Below, one piece after another: positions 7,089 to 16,103 of a stretch of DNA of 46,160 nucleotides. A model generated the notes under the pieces. It had not been told where the DNA came from. It worked only from the letters and a program-made list of their open reading frames with translations, and searched no databases. The translations under genes and the position numbers were made by a program. Within the stretch, counting starts at the first letter, position 1. Each line of letters starts with the position of its first letter. The stretch lies in contig JAZRDX010000008.1 in NCBI GenBank assembly GCA_045660565.1, positions 1 through 46,160 of the forward strand. Reading direction: 5' to 3'. This DNA is from Eubacteriales bacterium (GTDB taxonomy: Bacteria > Bacillota > Clostridia > Oscillospirales > CAG-272).

Positions 7089-9476
7089 TTAATTCAAACG
7101 CTTTATTTTGGCGTATGTTCCCATCATTTTCTTTGTTCCGACGCTGTCAAACGAAATTTCGTAAAGTATATCGGGACCTACCGACTTTGCCGAAATAACC
7201 ATACCGCTTCCGAATACCGCATGTGTAACCGCATCTCCGGGCGCAAATCGCTCCGACGCGCCCTCGCGTTTTGCTGTATTTGAATAAATGGTTGGCTTTT
7301 TTGACATCTCTCCCGAAACGGTCGGCTTCTTCTTTTCGGGACGGAAAACCGTTTTGGTAACGTCTTTTTTCTGCGGCACCGCCGTCTGTTCAAGATCAAG
7401 CAGCTCCTTGGGGATTTCCGCAAGGAAGCGCGACGGTCTGTTGTACTGCGTTTTACCGTAGAGAAGTCTCTCGTGAGTGTGGGTGAGGAAAAGCTGTTCC
7501 TTTGCGCGGGTTACCGCAACGTATGCGAGCCGTCTTTCCTCCTCGAGCTCAAAGTCATTGAGGAAGGACTGCTGAGAGGGGAATATTCCTTCCTCCAGCG
7601 CGGGAAGGAATACAATGGGAAATTCAAGTCCCTTTGCGCTGTGTACAGTCATAAGAACCACTGCTTCGGCTTCCGGGTCGTAGTTGTCGATGTCGGCAAC
7701 GAGCGCGACCTCCTCGAGGAACGCGTTAAGCGAGGTGTCCTCTCTGGTTGCCATAAACTCAACGGCGTTAGAGATAAGCTCGTTTACGTTTTCAAGTCTG
7801 GTTTCGCCGTCCTCCTCGGCTTCTTCCTTAAGCATTACGCGGTAGCCGGTAAGGTCAAGCACCTTGTCGATAAGCACGTCGAGCGGCTCGGATTTGGCTA
7901 TTTCGCGAAGCCCCATAATAAGAGACGCAAATTCGGAAAGCTTCGGCGCCGATTTGGAAAGCGCGGGGTATAGGTGAACGTTCTGCATTATGCTGAACAT
8001 AGATTCGTTGTAGATTCCCGCAAGCTCGGATACGGCGTTCACGGTGGTCGCGCCTATCTTTCTGGACGGAACGTTTATAATTCTCTGAAGTCTTACGTTG
8101 TCCGCGGGGTTGTTTATAACGCAAAGGTAGGCAAGAATGTCCTTGATTTCCTTTCTCTCGTAGAAGCGAAGACCGCCAAGAACACGGTAGGGGATACCGC
8201 TTCTCGCGAAAAGACTTTCAATGTTGTTTGAAAGCGCGTTAAGTCTGTATAAAACCGCGAAATCATTAAGTGAGCGCCCTGCCTTTCGAAGCTCAATCAC
8301 CTTGTCAACGATATATTTTGCCTCGTCGTTCTGGGTTTCAAGCCGACGGAGCGAAACGGGAGAGCCGCCGTCCTTTGCCGTCCATAAGCTCTTACCGTGT
8401 CTTGTTTTGTTGTTTGCGATTATCGCATTGGCGGCGTCGAGTATTGACTTTGTCGAACGGTAGTTCTGCTCAAGCTTTATTACCCTTGCGTCGCTCATTT
8501 CTCTGTCAAAATTAAGTATGTTTTCTATATCCGCTCCTCTGAAACGGTATATACTCTGGTCGTCGTCTCCGACAACCATCAGGTTTCCGTATTTTCCGGA
8601 AATAAGAGAGGTGAGAACGAACTGCGCGTGGTTGGTGTCCTGGTACTCGTCAACGCATACGTACTTAAAGCGATTCTGACAGTAGTCGAGCGCCTCCTCA
8701 TCCTTCTGTAAAAGCAGTACGGTCTGCATTATTATGTCGTCAAAGTCAAGGGCGTTTGAGGTGCGCAGACGCTTCTGGTACTCTCTGTAAAGCTCTGCCA
8801 TCTTGCTTTCCCTGAAATCCGCCGCCTCCCGCGAGCAGTCGTCGGGAGACATAAGCTTATCCTTTGCCGAGCTTACGTAGTTCATTACCGCCTTCGGGTT
8901 AAACATCTTGTCGTCGGTATTCGTATCCTTGATAACCGAAAGCATAACCTTTTTCTGGTCATCTGTGTCGTAGATAGTAAATCCATCGGCATACCCTACC
9001 CGCTGTCCGTACATTCTCAAAATACGTACGCAGATGGAGTGGAACGTTCCCGCCCAGATTTTAGAGGCTTCCTCGCCCACCTTTTTTTCAAGACGGGTTT
9101 TCATTTCGTTTGCCGCCTTGTTGGTAAAGGTGATGCTTAGAATATTCCACGGCTTTACCTTGTCTATCGCGTATCTGTCGAGAAGCGCTTCAAGCTGTTC
9201 TTTTGGAAGGTCGGGGCAGTTTAGTACGTTTTCAAGTCCCGAAATTTCAGCCTCGGTTATGTTTTCGGGTACGTAATTTGACGCATAGGCATTTCCGTAT
9301 CTTATCATGTAACCGATACGGTTTACAAGAACGGTGGTTTTACCGCTTCCCGCACCGGCAAGTATTAAAAGAGGGCCTTTTACGGAAAACACCGCTTCCC
9401 TCTGTTTTTCGTTCAAGTTGTCGAACAGCCTATCGAAAAGCTTTCGCTTTACGGCTGTAAATATCTCGTTTCGCAT
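7089..9476 (-). CDS. pcrA: ATP-dependent DNA helicase PcrA (UvrD/Rep superfamily 1)
   Basis: Helicase motifs GAGSGKTTVL, DEYQDTN, VGDDDQSIYRFRGA, QNYRS, TVHSAKGLEF and VAVTRAK. The C-terminal tail is typical of PcrA. Confidence 0.9.
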   Translation of the reverse strand: MRNEIFTAVKRKLFDRLFDNLNEKQREAVFSVKGPLLILAGAGSGKTTVLVNRIGYMIRYGNAYASNYVPENITEAEISGLENVLNCPDLPKEQLEALLDRYAIDKVKPWNILSITFTNKAANEMKTRLEKKVGEEASKIWAGTFHSICVRILRMYGQRVGYADGFTIYDTDDQKKVMLSVIKDTNTDDKMFNPKAVMNYVSSAKDKLMSPDDCSREAADFRESKMAELYREYQKRLRTSNALDFDDIIMQTVLLLQKDEEALDYCQNRFKYVCVDEYQDTNHAQFVLTSLISGKYGNLMVVGDDDQSIYRFRGADIENILNFDREMSDARVIKLEQNYRSTKSILDAANAIIANNKTRHGKSLWTAKDGGSPVSLRRLETQNDEAKYIVDKVIELRKAGRSLNDFAVLYRLNALSNNIESLFARSGIPYRVLGGLRFYERKEIKDILAYLCVINNPADNVRLQRIINVPSRKIGATTVNAVSELAGIYNESMFSIMQNVHLYPALSKSAPKLSEFASLIMGLREIAKSEPLDVLIDKVLDLTGYRVMLKEEAEEDGETRLENVNELISNAVEFMATREDTSLNAFLEEVALVADIDNYDPEAEAVVLMTVHSAKGLEFPIVFLPALEEGIFPSQQSFLNDFELEEERRLAYVAVTRAKEQLFLTHTHERLLYGKTQYNRPSRFLAEIPKELLDLEQTAVPQKKDVTKTVFRPEKKKPTVSGEMSKKPTIYSNTAKREGASERFAPGDAVTHAVFGSGMVISAKSVGPDILYEISFDSVGTKKMMGTYAKIKRLN

Positions 9477-9525
9477 TTTTGTCGTCCTTTTTTCAGTTGC
9501 CTTTTACGGTTAAAACAGTAACCTT

Positions 9526-10125
9526 TTAAAACTCTCTTCGTCCTTCGATTGCCCTCAGCAGGGTGAGCTTGTCCGCGTATTCAAGATCGGCGCCGACGGG
9601 GATACCGTAAGCAAGACGGGTTATTTTAACACCCGTGGGCTTAATAATTCTGCTGATATACATGGCGGTAGCCTCTCCCTCAACGGTAGCGTTGGTGGAA
9701 ATCATAACCTCCTCCGCTCCGTTTTCGCGTATGCGGTCGATTATCGTTGAGAGGTTTATATCGTCGGGGCCTATACCTGCACGGGGGTTAATAACACCTC
9801 CGAGCACGTGATAAACTCCTCGAAACTCCTTTATTTTTTCAAAGGTGAGAACCGCCTTTGAGTCCTCGACGACACAGATTATCTTTTTGTCTCTCGTGTC
9901 GTCCTCGCATATGGGGCAAAGCTCGGATGCAGATATGTTTCCGCAGCACGAGCAGGGGCGTATGCTTGATTTTCCGTCGCTTATAGCGGTGAGAAAATCG
10001 CTTATTTCGGTATCGGACATGCCGAGAACACCGAAAGCCATACGCTCCGCGCTTTTTCTGCCGACTCCGGGGAGACGGCGAAAAGCCTCAACCATTTTTT
10101 CAAGAGGAAGGATAAATTCGTTCAT
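9526..10125 (-). CDS. recR: Recombination protein RecR
   Basis: Cys4 zinc finger CSCCGNISASELCPIC and a Toprim block ICVVED...G. It follows ybaB in the conserved dnaX-ybaB-recR order. Confidence 0.95.
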   Translation of the reverse strand: MNEFILPLEKMVEAFRRLPGVGRKSAERMAFGVLGMSDTEISDFLTAISDGKSSIRPCSCCGNISASELCPICEDDTRDKKIICVVEDSKAVLTFEKIKEFRGVYHVLGGVINPRAGIGPDDINLSTIIDRIRENGAEEVMISTNATVEGEATAMYISRIIKPTGVKITRLAYGIPVGADLEYADKLTLLRAIEGRREF

Positions 10126-10128
10126 CTA

Positions 10129-10494
10129 TCAGAATAACCCCGGCATCATTCCGCCGCCAAAGCCACCCATGCCGCCTGTGATTTTGGACATTTCGGCATT
10201 TGCGTCGTTTTCAGCGGTTTTTATCGCCTCGTTTACTCCGGCGATGATTATATCGGAGAGCGTTTCGATGTCGTCGGGATCAACTATCTCGGGCTGTATG
10301 TCGAGAGAGACTATTTCCTTTTTACCGTTTATCTTAACGGTAACGGCTCCGCCGCCCGCCTTTACCTCGTACTCCTTAGCTTCAAGCATTGACTGAGTCT
10401 CTGCCATCTGCTCCTGCATTTTCTGAGCCTGCTTTATCATTCCCTGCATGTTGGAGGGACCTGCGGAAAATTCTCTCGGTATTCTTGCTTTCAT
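10129..10494 (-). CDS. ybaB: Nucleoid-associated protein YbaB/EbfC
   Basis: The N-terminal NMQGMIKQAQKMQEQM block is typical of the family. Size and synteny between dnaX and recR also fit. Confidence 0.9.
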   Translation of the reverse strand: MKARIPREFSAGPSNMQGMIKQAQKMQEQMAETQSMLEAKEYEVKAGGGAVTVKINGKKEIVSLDIQPEIVDPDDIETLSDIIIAGVNEAIKTAENDANAEMSKITGGMGGFGGGMMPGLF

Positions 10495-10588
10495 AATATA
10501 AACCTCGCTTTATGATTTTGGATTTTATTTCTAAGTGATTTCTGATTTTAAAAAATGTATTCGGTATAAAAATGTATTCGGTAGTTTT

Positions 10589-12199
10589 TTAACCGTCAAG
10601 CTCGTCTAAAGGAGACGACTTTGCTTCGGGCGGAACCTCGGTAAACTCAAGCTGCGCGGGAGAATAAGCTCTATCCGCGATGCTTGGAGTAAGGGAAGAA
10701 AGAGTGTTTTTCATTTCGGGGGTGTTAAGCATAAGCATAGCGATACTGCCCTCTACGCGTATCAGAATTTTGTCTCCGCTTTCGTAGGCTCTCGACGACT
10801 TCATAAACGGAGCCATAGACGGATCCTTTTCGCCTATCTTTTTTGCAGCCTCTATCCACCACGTTACCGGCTTTAAGCCCTGTCTTACGTTTCCGTTTTC
10901 CTTCGGACTTGACTTTATTTCGGGAAGCTTATCCGGAACGACCGATTTCTTGAACATCATTTCCTCTGTCTTTTTCGGTTTTGCGTCCCCGTCTTTTTTA
11001 TCGGACGTATCCGCCTTGTTTTCGGCAATAACGGGTGTGTTACCCGCTAAAACGCTCGCAAGCTTTTCTTCAAGAGCGGAAACTCTCGCGCTCAGTCCCT
11101 CGGGGTAGGTGTCAAGCCGCTCGTCTCTCATCTTAAGCAGCGTGATTTCAGCGTTTAAACGCTTTGCCGCACCCGCTCTTTGCATACTGATAAAGGTTTC
11201 TTCAAGCAGTGAGCAATGACGGAGCAGCTGCGGGAGACTGTACCGCGAGGATATGTCGCGTATTGTCTCCTCCTCGTCGGGAGTGAGGTCAAGGTATTTT
11301 TCGGGTGATTTAGTTGTTTTGAAAACTAAAAGGTCGCGGTAGAAGTCTATAAGCTCCTGCCAGAAAACGGTAAGCTCCTTTGATGCGGAAACTATTTCGT
11401 CGACCACCTTGAACAGTCTGTCGGCGTCCTTTTTTAAAACCGCATCGGCGATCTCCATCGACTGCTCGCGTCCCGCGGAGCCGGTAAGCGCCTTTACGGA
11501 CGCGGCGGTTATTTCCTTACCCTCGCCTGCCGAAAGCTCAAGAAGGCTTATGGCGTCTCTCATTCCGCCTTGCGCCATTTTCGCGATAAGCTTTGCCGCT
11601 TCGCGTGTTATACTGATGTTTTCCTGCTCGGAAATGTACATAAGCCTGTCGGCTATGACGTCGGACTGTATTCTTCGGAATTCAAATTTCTGACATCTTG
11701 AAAGAATTGTGGTCGGTATCTTCTGCTGTTCGGTGGTTGCGAGAATAAAGATAACCTCGGACGGAGGCTCCTCAAGGGTTTTAAGCAGAGCGTTGAACGC
11801 GCTCTGAGAAAGCATGTGGACCTCGTCGATGATGTATACTCTGTTTTTGAGCATCGACGGTGCGTACATAACCGCGTCCCTTATGTCTCTGATGTAATCG
11901 ACTCCGGTGTTGGATGCCGCGTCCATTTCCGCGACGTCGGAGGTGGTTTCGCTTTCGATAGCCTTACACGCTTCACACACTCCGCAGGGGTTACCGTTTA
12001 TCGGAGAAAGACAGTTGACTGCCTTGGCAAGCAGCTTTGCGCATGTCGTTTTACCCGTTCCTCGGGAGCCACAGAAAAGATACGCGTGGCTGTAACGGTT
12101 ATTCTGCACCTCGTAACGAAGCACCGAGGTGATGTGCTCCTGACCGTATACGTCGTCAAAGGTTTTCGGCCGCCATTTGCGGTAAAGCGCCTGATGCAT
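10589..12199 (-). CDS. dnaX: DNA polymerase III subunit gamma/tau
   Basis: MHQALYRKWRPKTFDDVYGQEH start, Walker A GSRGTGKTT, Walker B DEVHML and a Zn module CGVCEACK. Confidence 0.95.
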   Translation of the reverse strand: MHQALYRKWRPKTFDDVYGQEHITSVLRYEVQNNRYSHAYLFCGSRGTGKTTCAKLLAKAVNCLSPINGNPCGVCEACKAIESETTSDVAEMDAASNTGVDYIRDIRDAVMYAPSMLKNRVYIIDEVHMLSQSAFNALLKTLEEPPSEVIFILATTEQQKIPTTILSRCQKFEFRRIQSDVIADRLMYISEQENISITREAAKLIAKMAQGGMRDAISLLELSAGEGKEITAASVKALTGSAGREQSMEIADAVLKKDADRLFKVVDEIVSASKELTVFWQELIDFYRDLLVFKTTKSPEKYLDLTPDEEETIRDISSRYSLPQLLRHCSLLEETFISMQRAGAAKRLNAEITLLKMRDERLDTYPEGLSARVSALEEKLASVLAGNTPVIAENKADTSDKKDGDAKPKKTEEMMFKKSVVPDKLPEIKSSPKENGNVRQGLKPVTWWIEAAKKIGEKDPSMAPFMKSSRAYESGDKILIRVEGSIAMLMLNTPEMKNTLSSLTPSIADRAYSPAQLEFTEVPPEAKSSPLDELDG

Positions 12200-12261
12200 A
12201 GTTTTTCCCTTTCTGTGTTTGAAAAATAATTAACTCCGCAAAAAAAGACAAGGTACAAAAT

Positions 12262-12538
12262 AAGATCATACACCGCACTCTGAACAAAACGGTATATGCG
12301 TTAACCGCGGCTCTCGCTCGGAACAGGCACCCTTGTGGCACATCAACTCTACCACTTAATGCTGCTCGGTGCGCCCGCCTGACATGGTTCACGGTCGTTG
12401 ATTGCACAAGACCCGTCCGTCAACACGATTACACACGGCGCAGACCATACATCGTCAGCCCTCGGATTGGAAACCACCCCTGCTGTAGCGGATTGCAGGT
12501 TACAGGATACCGCTAGCTCCCCGGCCGGTATGATCTTA
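12262..12538 (-). ncRNA. ffs: Signal recognition particle RNA, large Bacillus/Clostridium type with an Alu domain
   Basis: The minus-strand 5' end AAGAUCAUACC pairs with the 3' end GGUGUAUGAUCUU, which is followed by a U-run. The Alu-like 5' domain is GGCCGGGGAGCUAGCGGUAUCCUGUAACCUGCAAUCCGCUAC. The helix-8 core ACCAUGUCAGG...AGCAGC...AAGUGGUAGAGUUGAUGUGCC parallels E. coli 4.5S ACCAGGUCAGG..AGCAGCCAAGGCAGAUGA..GUGCC. It lies directly upstream of dnaX, as in Bacillus. End coordinates are good to about 5 nt. Confidence 0.85.
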
Positions 12539-12560
12539 TTTTATATCTTGCCTCTCCTAT

Positions 12561-12589
12561 ATTATATCAAAGTCAAATTATAATTTCAA
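12561..12589 (-). promoter_or_regulatory. Candidate SigA-type promoter for the SRP RNA
   Basis: The minus strand reads TTGAAA-17 nt-TATAAT, ending about 22 nt upstream of the 5' stem of the RNA. Confidence 0.55.
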
Positions 12590-12789
12590 GTCATTTTTAT
12601 AAAATTTAAAAAAAATTAAAAATAAGGCTTTTGTAAGTGATTGAACGCTCTTTATGTGAGTGAGGAAAACGTATCCGTTTCATTCTTCCGAGGGAGACTG
12701 TTTATCTATTGAGGGGAACCTCTTTTTCTGTTTTCGAATATACTTTGATTGAACCCAAAACACAGAGAGAAGAAAGGAAAATTTGTTTT

Positions 12790-13176
12790 ATGGAAGAAAA
12801 CGGATACATAACCGTAAACGTCAGAACCGCCGGGGGAGCTCTTCCGGTGGAAAACGCAGTCGTTACGGTTAAAGACAGCGGCGGCGCTATCCTCGCCGTC
12901 TTTTTTACCGACCGCGACGGAAAAACTCCGCGCCTTAAGGTTCTCGCTCCGCCCCGCGCCAACTCGGAAAGTCCCGGAGCCGCCTCTCCGCCATTTTTTA
13001 ATTACAATATTGACACCGATAAGGAGGGGTATATCAGCATAAGAAACGTTGACGTTCCCGTATACCCCGGGATAACCTCGATACAGACGGTTGAGCTGGT
13101 GCCTGTTTCCGAGGGCTCGTCGAGGCTCCCCGGCGACACGGTAACGTACACCGAGGGTACTCCACCGAATCTTTGA
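12790..13176 (+). CDS. Small protein resembling the N-terminal pre/pro region of the spore cortex-lytic enzyme SleC (carboxypeptidase-regulatory-like fold)
   Basis: MEENGYITVNVRTAGGALPVENAVVTVKD... resembles my recollection of the SleC N-terminus. The ATG at 12790 was preferred over the TTG at 12709 on that basis. It stops 20 nt before the next gene, in a different frame. Confidence 0.55.
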   Translation: MEENGYITVNVRTAGGALPVENAVVTVKDSGGAILAVFFTDRDGKTPRLKVLAPPRANSESPGAASPPFFNYNIDTDKEGYISIRNVDVPVYPGITSIQTVELVPVSEGSSRLPGDTVTYTEGTPPNL

Positions 13177-13196
13177 TGCAGGGGAGGAAAAGATAA

Positions 13197-14603
13197 ATGA
13201 ATAACAACGTAATAAGGCCTGTGATACCCGAGACGGTTACCGTGCATCTCGGTCCGCCGAGCGAGCCTTCGCCCAACGTAACGGTCAGCTTTCCAGACTA
13301 TATTAAAAACGTAGCGTCAAGTGAAATCTACCCGACCTGGCCGGAAAGCGCGATAAGGGCAAACGTTTATGCGCAGATTTCATTTGTGCTTAACAGGATA
13401 TTTACCGAGTTCTACCCGTCGAGAGGGTTTGATTTCGACATAACCAACTCAACGGCGACAGACCAGTTCTTCGTTCCCGACAGAGACGTTTTTGAAAACG
13501 TAAGTCAGATAGTCGACGAAATTTTTAACAGCTACGTGGTGAGAGAGGGAAGCGTTGAACCGCTGTTCACACAGTACTGTAACGGAACGACAAGCACCTG
13601 CGAGGGGCTTTCGCAGTGGGGAACGGTAACTCTTGCGAATAACGGTCTTACTCCGCTTCAGATTTTACAGAACTACTACGGTAGCGACATTGGTATAGTG
13701 AGCGGTGTTCCCGTTGAGGCTATAACGGCGAGTGTTCCGTCGAGAGCGCTTCAGCTCGGAAGCAGCGGAAACGACGTTCAGTCGATACAGGTGCGGCTTA
13801 ACAGGATTTCGGCAAACTACCCGGCGATACCGAAAATCAATCCCGTGAACGGTGTGTTTGCACAAAGCACCGAGGATGCGGTACGAAAATTTCAGGAAAT
13901 TTTTAATCTTACGCAGGACGGAATAGTAGGTCCCGCCACGTGGTACAGAATACAGTTTATCTATAACGGAGTAAAACGCCTTTCCGAGCTTGATTCCGAG
14001 GGGCTTACCGTAGAGGAGCTTTCGAGGCAGTTTCCGGAGACGCTTTCCGAGGGAAGCCGAGGGGACGGGGTGCGTATAGTTCAGTATTTCCTTTCCTATA
14101 TCGCTATCTACAACAGCGCAGTTCCTCCGATTTCGATAGACGGAATATACGGTCCCGCTACAAGAGACGCGGTTTCAGCCTTTCAGCGTGAGTACGGGCT
14201 ACCGGTTACGGGAGTGGTTAACGAGGAGACATATTCTGCGCTTTACGATGCGTACAGAGGTATAATTCTTTCGCTGCCCGATCAGCAGTTTGTCGGCACC
14301 GCAAGACCGTTCCCCGGATTTGATTTAACCGTTGGTCAGTCGGGTGAGTACGTAAGACTTTTGCAGGGTTACCTGAACGTTATCTCGGAGACATACCCTG
14401 AAATCCCTGCACTTAGCGTAGACGGTGTATTCGGTCCCGCAACAGAAAACGCGGTAAGAGCGTTCCAGAGAACCTTTGCTCTGCCCGAGACGGGTATAGT
14501 CGGAATCAATACCTGGGAGGCGATAGGCGACCTTTATGAGGACCTTGTGAAGGGCAGTACCGTCAGCGAAGGACAGTTTCCCTCGGGAGAGGCGTTTAAC
14601 TGA
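13197..14603 (+). CDS. SleC-like spore cortex-lytic enzyme core with three PG_binding_1 repeats
   Basis: GGGGAGG RBS. The conserved block YIKNVASSEIYPTWPESAIRANVYAQISFVLNRIFTEFY...LFTQYCNG is SleC/SpoIID-like. There are three copies of the G..G..V..LQ..L....P....DG.FGP.T..AV..FQ motif. Confidence 0.65.
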   Translation: MNNNVIRPVIPETVTVHLGPPSEPSPNVTVSFPDYIKNVASSEIYPTWPESAIRANVYAQISFVLNRIFTEFYPSRGFDFDITNSTATDQFFVPDRDVFENVSQIVDEIFNSYVVREGSVEPLFTQYCNGTTSTCEGLSQWGTVTLANNGLTPLQILQNYYGSDIGIVSGVPVEAITASVPSRALQLGSSGNDVQSIQVRLNRISANYPAIPKINPVNGVFAQSTEDAVRKFQEIFNLTQDGIVGPATWYRIQFIYNGVKRLSELDSEGLTVEELSRQFPETLSEGSRGDGVRIVQYFLSYIAIYNSAVPPISIDGIYGPATRDAVSAFQREYGLPVTGVVNEETYSALYDAYRGIILSLPDQQFVGTARPFPGFDLTVGQSGEYVRLLQGYLNVISETYPEIPALSVDGVFGPATENAVRAFQRTFALPETGIVGINTWEAIGDLYEDLVKGSTVSEGQFPSGEAFN

Positions 14604-14679
14604 AATCGGAAAACAAGCCGAAAACAGAAAATAAACTGAAAAACGGAGAATTGGCTGAGAACGGAAAGGAATAATTCAC

Positions 14680-15216
14680 ATGAACAGAGAAAACGGGTTT
14701 CATTTTTTAGAGGACACCGAAGCGCCGGTCAGAAATCTTCAGAGGTGGCTTCGCGCTCTTTTTAAAGAAAACGGCACCCCCTCCGAGGTTTTTATAGACG
14801 GTATTTACGGAAGTGAAACGAGAGAGGCGGTAAGAGAGTTCCAAAGAGAAAACGGACTTACGCCGACGGGGGAGGGGGATCTCCCTACCTTTAACGCGAT
14901 CTACGAGGCATACGCGAGACTGTTAAGAGACAAGGAAACGCTTGGATACGCCCCCGACTTTGACAGCTTTCGAGACAAAAGAATTACCCTCGGAGACGAG
15001 TTTGACGACGTTTTCGTGCTTCAGGCTCTGCTGAACACAGTTGCACTTGACGACGAAAGATATTACGTAAAGCCGAGTGGAAAATTTGATAGCGAAACAC
15101 AAAATTCGGTGAATCTTTTTCGCCGCGCCACCGGACGGCAGGACGGAGACTACGTAGACAGAGAGATCTGGAATGACCTTGTACGTGTAACGCGTAAGCC
15201 GCAGTATTACACTTAA
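14680..15216 (+). CDS. Peptidoglycan-binding domain protein (one PG_binding_1 repeat)
   Basis: VRNLQRWLRALF...IDGIYGSETREAVREFQRENGLTPTGEGD matches the PG_binding_1 pattern. An AAAGGA RBS is present. Confidence 0.6.
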   Translation: MNRENGFHFLEDTEAPVRNLQRWLRALFKENGTPSEVFIDGIYGSETREAVREFQRENGLTPTGEGDLPTFNAIYEAYARLLRDKETLGYAPDFDSFRDKRITLGDEFDDVFVLQALLNTVALDDERYYVKPSGKFDSETQNSVNLFRRATGRQDGDYVDREIWNDLVRVTRKPQYYT

Positions 15217-15226
15217 AAAGAAACGA

Positions 15227-15254
15227 AAAGCGACGCCGCGCGGCGTCGCTTTTC
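15227..15254. terminator. Bidirectional terminator between convergent genes
   Basis: aaaagcgacgccg-cg-cggcgtcgctttt forms a perfect GC-rich stem flanked by A-runs and T-runs. Confidence 0.8.
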
Positions 15255-15260
15255 GTTATA

Positions 15261-16037
15261 TTACTTAAATACACATGCGGTTTTTGAAACGGATTTGACC
15301 TCTATGCAGGCATACGTATGCTCACCCTCCGTATAGTAAGAGAAAACACCGGTTATCTCAACGGGGTTAACGACGTTTCCTGTCGGCATCGGAAGAATAG
15401 TGTCCTCGCTCGGCACTGTAAGCTCTATATTCCAGGTAACCTTTCCGCTGCCGTCAAGACCTGCGAGAAATTTGTAGTCCCCGTTTATCGAGTGGTGTCC
15501 GATTATCCTTACCGTTTTTCCGTTAAGCTCGCTTGTTTTATAGGCTGTTTTATAGTTATCTATTTTCGATTTAAGCTCGCTCGCAGTCATTGTTATCGCA
15601 TCGAAATCATAAGTCGGCGCGCTGTCGGTATAACGGATTATCTCGGTAACATCGATATACCCACCCGCATTAAACGTTCCGATAAAGCTCGCGGTTTCGC
15701 CAAGCTCGGGGTATATTCCGTCAGCGGTTCGTATCTCGTAGTAAGCATCACAGCAGTTGGTGGGATCAAGCGCAATTATTATGGGCGTCTGACAGCGGTT
15801 CTCCGAAAAATTGTAAACGGTTGAGTACTGCGCTGTTATCGCGACGCTTTTTCCCGCGTAGTCATCGGGGTTGTTCATTATAGCCGCTACCGTTCCGTAA
15901 ATCTCGTTTGCCGAAAGACCGGTGAAATTGCAGTCTACGTCAACGTCAAGCTTTGGTAGCGTTCCGCCGTCTCCGCAGGAGGGGAGTGCGCATAAAACGG
16001 TACACAGAATTAAAAGGAAAGAGAGTATCTTTTTCAT
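15261..16037 (-). CDS. Lipoprotein of unknown function with an apparent internal two-domain duplication
   Basis: Signal plus lipobox MKKILSFLLILCTVLCALPSCG. It lies 66 bp downstream of znuB on the same strand and ends at the bidirectional terminator. Confidence 0.6.
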   Translation of the reverse strand: MKKILSFLLILCTVLCALPSCGDGGTLPKLDVDVDCNFTGLSANEIYGTVAAIMNNPDDYAGKSVAITAQYSTVYNFSENRCQTPIIIALDPTNCCDAYYEIRTADGIYPELGETASFIGTFNAGGYIDVTEIIRYTDSAPTYDFDAITMTASELKSKIDNYKTAYKTSELNGKTVRIIGHHSINGDYKFLAGLDGSGKVTWNIELTVPSEDTILPMPTGNVVNPVEITGVFSYYTEGEHTYACIEVKSVSKTACVFK

Positions 16038-16103
16038 AGCCTTTCCTTCCCGCCGTCAGGCGATAATCGGTAGGAGTATTTTTAGCTGAAAAGAGGGGGT
16101 AAG

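Noticed and set aside
12156-12583. ORFs at 12156-12407 (-) and 12398-12583 (+) between dnaX and the SleC-like locus.
   Set aside because: The interval is explained by the SRP RNA, which has terminal helix pairing, an Alu-domain motif and a helix-8 motif. Neither ORF has an RBS.
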